Positions 53,933-64,000 of a stretch of 64,000 nucleotides of DNA are shown one piece after another. The position numbers were made by a program, and so were the translations under genes. The DNA is from Eledone cirrhosa (taxonomy: Eukaryota), in NCBI GenBank assembly GCA_964016885.1, contig OZ024755.1, positions 6,262,001 through 6,326,000 on the forward strand, written 5' to 3'. Below the pieces are notes generated by a model. It did no database searches. It worked only from the letters and a program-made list of their open reading frames with translations, and was not told where the DNA came from. Numbering within the stretch: the first letter of the stretch is position 1; each line of letters starts with the position of its first letter.

Positions 53933-56371
53933 ACTTCCACATGCACTTGTCAAACGCACACATACACACGTACAATACACCCAGAATTCATACAGATATG
54001 AGCTGCCGCATGAGTAAAATCTTTGACACAGTGTAATCTATAGTGACACATTATATATTGTGTCAAGCTTCTCAGCTCTCTCATTTGGTCTCTGGCAAAT
54101 ATTAGCTTATGTTCAATGTTATTGCCTCAGCAAATCTACTTGTTCGTTCAATCTACTCGGTTAGCGAGAACAATTACATATATTCTCTTTGCAAAGTTGA
54201 AAAAAAAAATAATAGAAAGCCCTACATAATCTAGTAACTGATATACTTTGCTGTCTGATCGGGCGGTTGAATTATTCTAGCAATTTTCTGCTGAATGATA
54301 GGAATAATCTCCTGCTGAGCCATATACCCGATTCGATTTCGCTTTCTGTTTATAGACAATACACTTAGCTTATATTGTTAACGCCTTTAGTAAATGTATG
54401 AAACTAAACAAATTTTATTCTCCATGCTACACATTTCGGATTTCCTCATCACAATATAAGTAATAGTTATAATATCACCACTGATGGGGTATTGGATTAT
54501 ATTTGCTGGTATCAAAGACTCGTTCCTGATGGTTTTCTCTTTGTTTACAGTCCACTTGTGTCTATAATGATTTTCATATCCACAAACTTAACGAAGTAGT
54601 AGCAATATAGTGGCATGTAGTCAATAGATTATATTGCTCATACTACATACACATGGGAATTTACTCTTCAGTAAACAATGTATTCTACTGAGTGTCATTT
54701 ATGGCAATCCTTTGCTGTTGTTTAACTAAGACATCCAATAATTTCATTTACTCGTACAAGTGCCTCAAAAGTCTGAAGGGGACGAGGGACAAAGAATTAT
54801 GATCAATACTAAATTGATTTCAAATCTAATGAACGAGTCTGAAACAAGACAATAAGGAACCTGCTACGTAGTCACTCCATATGCTAAAATAGGAAACACA
54901 TGGCCTCAAATTAATCCGTAGCTGCTTATATACTGAACGTTTATGTTAGATAATCTAATCTGGAGCTGAATAACACGAATAACAAATGTAAATTAATTCT
55001 TTTATATGCCAATGACTATACCCCTACTTCGTCTCTTGACCTGCTAGAAATAGCAGCAAGTTTCAAATCATCACATTTTAAAAACTAGGAATGATACATT
55101 GTAAAATATATTTCTAAATCTATCGTGTTTGAATAAAAGACGGGATGGTCACGACTGAGAGCGAAACAAGATTTAGTTTCTACATACGTATAAAGTAAAA
55201 CAAAATTGAAATTATTGTTTACATGAAACATTTGAATGACGAATATATTTTGACTATATTTACTATGAAATTCTTCGTTGTAGCGAAATCAGCAGAGCGC
55301 CGTATAAAACACTAGGTGTTATTTTACTATTTTGATATTTATTTATTCTTTCTTTTGGCTTCGCATCGAAGTCTATTCAAATTCGATCATGACTTTCATC
55401 CTTCCAGAATCAATACGTCAGGAACTTCGGTCAGTTCAATAAAGTTATTAACAATTCTTGAAATTCATGGCCTTGCGCCCCTGCAAGGAATGGATAATTT
55501 TAGAGTGGATTCAATGAAGGGAGTAGTTATTCTCGATCTGTTGTTTAAAGAAAAGGACATCTTGCATACTAAATTATTAGGGGTTTGTAAACATTTCTAA
55601 AGCATCGTAAAGTATGGTAGGATTAATTAAGAGTATGAAGGCCATCTGTTATTTTTAATTATTATTTGCGAGCTTCTACTTTGGTGCGACGTTCTCGGAG
55701 TAGTTAAGAACTAAATTAATTGAAATACAAATTGAATAAAAGCCAGCATCAAATCTGCTTCCATTACGTTGCTACGTGAAAATTTATTAGGATACGTGCA
55801 CGAGAAATGCTTTTCAATCAAAGCAAAATAGATTCACGAAAAAGGGGAAGAAAAAACCCAAATAAATATCCTCTGTAAAACATGGAAATTTCGAATAATA
55901 AATAATGAAATAAAATTCAACTTAAAACAAACAACAACTGCTAAAACTGGGGGAAAATAGAACAAAACATGAAGTTGTTCTATTAATAGTAAATGAGATT
56001 TCAATTAGAAATAAACAAACTAAATAAATTTATTAAAGAAACATTGCAACCAGGTGGAATGTATTTTGAGTAAAGGCAAGAAAAGGAACGGTAATATCTA
56101 ACAAATGCAGGCAAACTTCTCATGAATTTCAAAGAAACCCGTGAATGAAAATAGTAAACAAAGCAGAAGAAGGAATATTTTTCTATCAAATGAACAAAAA
56201 TATAGAATAATTAATGATAGGATTAACAGAATATGATTACCATAAAGCTAAAACGTATTCAAGTCAAAACTCCCATACACATGTTTCTGGATTTACATAT
56301 TAGGTTGAAATATCACAAATTCAGATACACGGAAACACACACATACACACGCTCCCTTCCTCACGCACACA

Positions 56372-56983
56372 AACATGTATATAGATGTCAGCAGACTAAC
56401 ACACACACGCGCTCACACACACATAGATGTCAGCAGATACTTACATCACGCTCACACACAGGAACACACACATGTAGATGTCAGCAGAGACTTACATCAC
56501 GCTCACACACAGGAAAACACACATATAGATGTTAGCAGAAACTTACATCACGCTCACAGACAGGAACACACACATGTAGATGTCAGCAGAGACTTACATC
56601 ATGCTCACACACAGGAACACACACACATATATAGATGTCAGCAGAGACTTACATCATGCTCACACACAGGAACACACACATATATAGATGTCAGCAGAGA
56701 CTTATATCATGATCACACACAGGAACACACACACACACACACATATAGATGTTAGCAGAGACTTACATCATGCTCACACACAGGAACACACGCACATGTA
56801 GATGTCAGCAGAGACTTACATCTTGCTCACACACAGGAACACACACATATATAGATGTCAGCAGAGACTTACATCATGCTCACACAGAGGAACACACACA
56901 CATATAGATGTCAGCAGAGACTTACATCATGCTCACACAGAGGAACACACACACATATAGATGTCAGCAGAGACTTACGTCAG

Positions 56984-57019
<36 letters not shown>

Positions 57020-57089
57020 TAGCAGAAACTTACATCACGCTCACACACAGGAACACACACATATATAGATGTCAGCAGAGACTTACATC
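56372..57089. repeat. About 50-60-bp minisatellite, about 14 copies
   Basis: agatgtcagcagagacttacatcatgctcacacacaggaa(ca)n unit. Confidence 0.95.
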
Positions 57090-58023
57090 GAAATGAAATA
57101 GGTTTGAATCCAAAATAGAAGAGAATTTTATTGAAAGTAACACATGATATAACAACAGTTAATGCTAAACAAGATATTATTTGCAACACTGAAAATACTA
57201 GAAGTAATAGAAATTGCTTTTTACGATAGAGCTTAGTTATATTTTAGTTTCTTATATATCGTTCTTAAATTAGTTTAGCTTTGGATCATTTCCAAATATT
57301 ATGAATTATTCAATTATGATACATGAAACTGATAAATGTCCATCGAGGAAAAGGCAACAATATATAATGTTAACACCAGAATATTTTCTTTCTTTCTACC
57401 TAATCTTATATATTAGTCATATAGACATCGAAACGTGTTAATAGCAACTGAAATGAATGCTTTATTATATACTTAAGGTTCCTTTGAAAGAAACGTTGTA
57501 TTTTTACCAATAAGTCATTCGTGAAGACCTTTTTTCTAGGTAGCTATTTTCATGTCTTCCGACATTGATACATTCACTACTATTAACAGTATCAATGCAC
57601 ATGAACTCTGCATTTTCTCGGCGTTCTTATACACTACGTTAATGGAAAGAAATTGGCACATATAATATTTCATCTTTGTAAGTATTCGTGAACTAAACAA
57701 CTGTATAGTTCTTTGGAACAATTTGATGATTTACTTGGCTGATATTCATAGTTTCGTACAAATGCACTCAGTCGGGTGTTTCTGGGTTAACTGAAGTGTT
57801 TGAGATGATGTATAGAAAGAACTCCGATATTGAGGACTGTCATTAGTTATTAGTATTGCAGATGTGGAAGATAATATTATAGCTGCTGCATTTAGCCATT
57901 ATGGTTAAGGGTTTGGGTTGGTTAAAGGGATCAGATGACTGCAATTTGTGCACAAGGACTTTTCACCAGTGACGGCAATTGTTTCAGAACCTACACCCAC
58001 TGCCAACACCACGACCACCTTAA

Positions 58024-58054
<31 letters not shown>

Positions 58055-58549
58055 TCATTAGTTAAGCAAAACAAGACCACAAATTTCACAAGGAAGACAT
58101 TATTAAAAGATTGTCAACATATTTTAGTTTGATGTAAGGAATGTAGAGAATAATAATAATAATAACAATAACAATAATAATGCCTCTACGCGTTGGCTTC
58201 TAATTAACTCACCAATCTCTCCTCTCATATCTCCTCTACTATCTCCATCTCTCTCTTTAAGATTGGTTACTCTTGAACTGTATATATATATATATATATA
58301 TATATACATACTAACAGAGCACTAACTATGCTTTATTGACACATTCAAGGTTCTGAAATATCGCTGAATATGATGTTATAAATATTATTCATTTGATGCG
58401 ACTGGTGCCAATTACTAAAGGTCACTGACCACCTATTTGTCACACCTATAGTAGGCATTACGCTATAGATACTGCTGTTAGCTGTCCCTGGTAATCAAAC
58501 GTCAGATTGGAGAGTTATACACCGTACCAACTAAAGCCAGTGGTAGCAA

Positions 58550-58722
58550 TTGGCAGTATCGGTAGAGGGTCGAACGCCATGCTTTGCAGCAACGAGTTAC
58601 GGCCCTTTATGGTCTGAGTTCAAATCCCGCCGAGGTTAACTTTGCCTTTCATCCTTACAGGGTCGATAAAATAAAGTACCAGTAATGCACTGAGATAATT
58701 CCCGGCCTTGTGCCAAAAGTAA
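58550..58722 (+). mobile_element. Meta-like SINE
   Basis: Consensus match. Confidence 0.92.
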
Positions 58723-59959
58723 AAATAAATATTATATTCTAGATCAGTAGGCTATCAATCAGCTGAGCACTCTTAACGAATTAGAATCGTCGAAACTACA
58801 TACACTTCAGTACAAAGCTTTTCTAGATTTCACAGAGTTCCTAATCAAGCAAAAGTATGCGAAACTGAGTAACATAGGGATGAACCATGAACTGATTCCT
58901 AATAAATACAAGCACTATATCATACGTGAAGTACTGTTTTCGTAGGTTTATAATCAAAATCATGCACCTATTTATTCAAAGCTAAAACCTATTCTGTCAA
59001 TTCCTCGAATAGAGTGTTTTCTATATTTAATTTGAGTATAGTTACGAGGTCACAGAACACAGCTGAACGTTGTGTGTAGAACATGGTATAAATTAAACTC
59101 AGAAATTATTCAAGCGTAACTTACAAGTGATTTTTAAATAATATATTCGATTCTTATAAGCGTGCGTTCGAGTATACCTTTCCGTTAAGACCTTGTTTTA
59201 TCGATTAAAATGAAAATGACAACTCGAGGAAAGTATTGGAAAATGTCGGTTAAAGAAGTAGGTGGCTCTTCTTTTGAAAATTTTATAATGTCAGCTGAAA
59301 AATCGATAATGGCAGTAACTTTTCTTATCTGGACTGCATAAAGTAGAATTATTTTTTATTTTATTATCACAGGTTCATATTCAATGTAAGTTTGAATACA
59401 GATAATTGGGAATAACCAGGCAAGTATGTAGACACTCTCTTTCTCTCTCTGAACCCACACACTATATATATATATGTATATATATATATGTGTATATATG
59501 TGTGTATATATGTGTATATATGTGTGTATATATGTGTGTATGTGTGTATATATATGTGTATATATATGTGTATATATATATATGTGTGTATATATATATG
59601 TGTGTATATATATATATTTGTATATATATATATTTGTATATATATATATATTTGTATATATATATATATATTTGTATATATATATATATTTGTATATATA
59701 TATGTGTATATATATATGTGTATATATATGTGTGTATATATATGTGTATATATATGTGTATATATATGTGCGTGTGTGTGTGTTGAAATAATTACTGTTC
59801 CATTTACAGAAATATGGATGGAAATATATAGAAAACTGATTTTGAAACAGTAAAATTTTAATCATGGAAGAAAATATCGTTATATGTACGCTATAATATT
59901 CGGAAATATAGAGTACTGAGAAGTCTAATGGTCGTAATAATATCATCTCACACCTCAAT

Positions 59960-59994
<35 letters not shown>

Positions 59995-59996
<2 letters not shown>

Positions 59997-60304
59997 CGAA
60001 GGAAATGTGGTAAGGAACCAGGTGGACCATAACGCACCAAAGTACTCAATACTTAGGGTAGTAGAGTGGGTAATAGGAACAAGTAAGACCCATTACTGGT
60101 ACTTTATTTTATCGAATATATATATATTTATATATATATTTATATATTTATATTATATTATATATATATATATTCAGAGTGGAGGGAAATTGGGTGTAAC
60201 CACATAAATCAGTAAATAAGGTACTCAATACATAAGTATATTGAGAATACGACAGAACCATTTCTAGTTCTGCAACGGCGGCCATTTTTATATTAAATTT
60301 CGTT
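59995..60304 (-). mobile_element. Family B tail (59995-60092) fused to a SINE scrap, then another PLE-tail-like fragment (60173-60304)
   Basis: Match to 3640-3735; ggtactcaa at 60220; TA flanks. Confidence 0.7.
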
Positions 60305-60350
60305 ATACATACATACATACATACATACATGCATACATACATACATACAT

Positions 60351-60750
60351 CGGACCACACATTGAAAACGTGTTCTGTTGTGGAGATCAGCAGCCCACTT
60401 GATGTAAACGTTGTCAGAAAAATACAGGAGAAGGAGGACATCTACGGACCATTGATGAGGAGTTTACAAATCCAGTATCCAAGATACACCTTTAGCTTCA
60501 TACCCATCATTATTGGAGCTACGGGTTATATACCAACCCGCTTGGATCAAAGTATGACTGAACTTGGATTTGCCGACAAAAAGCGCAGCTCCCTAATTCA
60601 TAGTCTACAAATGGCTGCGATAGCTGGCACCTTCAAAATTTGCAAAACATTCTTGCGATTCAAGGGATGACAATTTCTTTTCTTTTACAACCTTACCACC
60701 AGGAAGGTGGCCGGTCAAAAAAAAATATACTCGAAATTAAGAGAAAGAGA
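60351..60750 (+). mobile_element. 5'-truncated R4/Dong-like non-LTR retrotransposon (endonuclease C-terminus 60353-60670 plus 3' UTR) within (CATA)n
   Basis: DHTLKTCSVVEISSPLDVNVVRKIQEKEDIYGPL...FIPIIIGATGYIP...LQMAAIAGTFKICKTFL matches the R4-type pattern D..K.C.IID...P.D.N...K..EK..KY..L...PIVIGA.G. Confidence 0.85.
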
Positions 60751-61220
60751 TATATATACATACATACATACATACATACAGATAAAAAGACAAACGGAGG
60801 TCATAAGAAGATATAGATAAACAGATATGTAGATCAGTATAAGGTGTCTCTTTATCATAGGAGTAGACTGCTGGAAATCTTAGTATATCTGGAGCATCAT
60901 CTCTAATAAACAACAACACTTTATATGTATTCTATCTAGCGTATATAATCAGATCTTTTCATTACGTAAGTTATAAATTCTAAGCCAACATTTCGTAGAC
61001 GTGACATAATTTTATCGCAAATATTCGCATCAACAGAAATAAATATATTACAACAGTCCACACCTATTTAGCTACGTTTGTTCATATCTTTTTTTTTATG
61101 TCGGCTTTTTCTCTCTCTATATTTTTATCTATCTATCTGTCTATCAATCCTTGTAGACAACGTGTTACTATTCGATATTTGTTGCTGACGTTCTAACAAA
61201 AACAATGCTAACCTAGTTTG

Positions 61221-61258
<38 letters not shown>

Positions 61259-61260
<2 letters not shown>

Positions 61261-61349
61261 CCAAAGATTAGTATGGTTCGTTGATTACTCAACGAATACA
61301 ATAGATTAGAAGCACTCAAGCACTAGAAACAGTTCTAGTCCTGTAGAAG

Positions 61350-61414
<65 letters not shown>

Positions 61415-61652
61415 TAAATAAATAAAAGGCTTCTACAGGACTAGAACTGTTTCATTTGGGAGATATCAGGAAGCCGACTGTCCAAGTAACAACATTTCTG
61501 GTGGTAGGAGAGGGTGGTAATTGGGATGGGTGGAGGTCATTGGTTTTGATGGGTTCAAAGAAAAGGGAATTCTTTAAAACTATATTTAGGGTAACAAAGG
61601 CAGAAAGAATTCTATAGACAGGTTCACTCTGGGGGGTGCCACTCGTGATTTT
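61259..61652. mobile_element. Rearranged PLE 3' end with two inverted hammerhead 3' halves facing a TA tract
   Basis: gaaacagttctagtcctgtagaagcctt at 61326 (+) and 61426-61453 (-); acaatagattagaagcactcaa resembles 6204-6224. Confidence 0.68.
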
Positions 61653-64000
61653 ATATATATATATAAACCCATGTATACCATGTGCAACCACGCAGTATTG
61701 TTCTTTCTTCCCATGTTTTTTTTACACACACACACGCACACACACACACACACACCTGTCGAGGTCAACTTTGCCTTTAATCGTTTCAAGGATTGATAAA
61801 AAAAGTACCAGTCGAGTACTGGGTTGATTGTTTCGCTATATATCTGTCTGATTTCCCCTCTTTCATTCTCTATCTTTCACTGGAAGAAATCTGTTGTACT
61901 CATGCCTGGAGAAGGATGGGCTCTGCCAGGCTTAATGTACCCATGAAACATCGTATGTCAATACGGTGCCTCTACAACTCTATCAGAAGTTACGGGACCA
62001 TACATACATACAACATCGTACAACCTTCATCGTGTTCTCCTCAACGCTGCTACATGGGAAAAATGTTTAACACTATATTTAGTGATAGCAGAAAATTATT
62101 ATATAGTCAATTTACTTATACAATATTTTTATATTACTCGGATAGTTTATGATTCATTAAGGGTTTTTCTGAGGTCTGCACCCTAAGGAGATGATTAGTT
62201 AGAAAAAACGGTAGCTCCGGTCGTAATAAATGCTATTAATTGAGGTGTAGGCTTTGATGGTAGTTGCTATAGTGGCAGCGATTGATGTTAGATTATTTTA
62301 ATATGTTCACAATATAGGTGATCGTTATAGTCAAAGCGATGACTATGTTAACAGCAATAACGACGGTAACGGAAGGAGAGGTACAGAGACATGGGAGGGA
62401 AGATGTCGCCAGAGATCTTTGTGATTCATCAATGGAGCGATAACAAAACATTGGAACGTGTCTTGGACGCGGAAGCCTATAGTAGAATTTCGATTAGTTC
62501 CGGGACAAAGAGAAACCTCATTTAAATTACCATTGAAATCATTTCATTTACTGTGTAGGTATCTATCTCCCTCCATTCGCACCTACATATCTATTCATAT
62601 ACCAATCTCTCTTGCTCTTTCATACAGACACACATATATATATATATATATATTTATGTAGACGCCTTTTCCTGTAGACAAGAAAACACATGCATACATA
62701 TGTGTATATATATATGTATGTACTTATGTACGTATGTATGTATGTATTAGTCTCAGGCGGTGGCTTTTCGACAATTCATTTTATTTATTTATTGTGCAGA
62801 AAATTGACACGAAATTACGGTAATATAAAGGTAGTGTAAATCTGTCTATTCATAAAAAAACAACATACCTATATATATATATATATATATATATATTTAA
62901 TACATTAACAGAGAAAGCTTTAAGCAATACTCCGACCGGCTTCCGTCTCACTCAACAAACATTAGGATAAACCTTAGTATAATCCGAATTATACGTTTGG
63001 GGTGCTAACTATACCTATTTTGCGGATAGCCAGTTGTATTATTTTATATGAGACATAATTAAAATATATACATATAAATATACTCGTTTACACACACACA
63101 TACATACATAATGTATGTGTGTGTGTGTCTGAATGAGTATTTTGGCCTATATCACTCCCTAGAGTAAATAGAGATGTAAATACCCCTATAATTTGAATAA
63201 AAGTACATTTTGTTATGACTATTTCGTTGGAATACCGACTAACTTTTCCTATTAGTCTTTGGCGCCTGTAGTTTTTCTCTTGTCACAGTTCAGGCTAACT
63301 TCTCAAATTTTCGCTTTCTCTCGTTGCTCACCTATAACCTCGATTGCTTAGCTGTGGCCTTATATTTCAACGTCTGGCATTTCTCATTGGGATCGATACA
63401 AATCAAAGGTTGTATTGTGTCACACATTTCTGGTACAAACATTAACCTTTTATTAAGCATGCTTGGTATAATTTCGTCGCACATTCTGTCACCTCCTCAG
63501 TGCCTAATTCCTTATTGTGTGTCTCTCTCTCATTTGATCTGCCGTACACCATCTTGTTTTTGTAAGTGAACCTTCAATGGAAATGTCTCTAGGAGAAGGT
63601 CTTAGAAAATGAGAGGAAAATGTTGACAGCAAAGAAATTCATGAATATATTTTTTTTTTAAGAACAAGTGTGATTTTTTTTTTTAAATTGGCGATCGTGG
63701 AACATAATTATTTCAGTTCCAATAGATCAGGTAATTGACAAATCAATACGAAACTGTAGATACACAATACTTCGTTTAAACACAGTGATAATGTTGATAA
63801 AATATGTCTATATTTTGGTATCGTCATAACCGTTTTTAAAAACATTTCATTGCTCTGCGTGTGTATGTACATTTTTTTTTACGTGTCTACAAAATCACAT
63901 CGCACTCACACACACGTATATATACATATATACACACACACATATATATATATATACACACACACATATACATATACACACATATATATATACATATACA

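Noticed and set aside
56372-57089. CRISPR-like repeat-spacer appearance
   Set aside because: Spacers are mutually homologous CA-rich sequence, the context is eukaryotic, and there are no cas genes

Overview
AT-rich, microsatellite-saturated eukaryotic DNA. The SINE families resemble those of octopod cephalopods; this is recognition, not a database result. I find no credible host exon, so the window looks intronic or intergenic, and nearly all tracked ORFs are artefacts of simple repeats. Recognisable content: (i) about 20 tRNA-derived SINEs of two superfamilies (Meta-domain-like and CORE-like), many with clear target-site duplications (TSDs); (ii) a 5'-truncated Penelope-like element (PLE) with an intact GIY-YIG endonuclease frame and a hammerhead ribozyme (8252-9293); (iii) 3' fragments of two restriction-like-endonuclease LINEs (CRE-like at 18354, R4/Dong-like at 60353) and a bipartite RTE derivative (22819); (iv) large simple and minisatellite arrays. 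The most striking pattern is a dense set of short non-coding elements in (TA)n tracts. They carry type I hammerhead ribozymes (about 10 whole or near-whole motifs plus about 8 half motifs, at least 7 sequence families), are often folded back into long inverted repeats with breakpoints at or beside the ribozyme, and share a TYGAGTRCT motif downstream. All folds were read by eye and coordinates are approximate.
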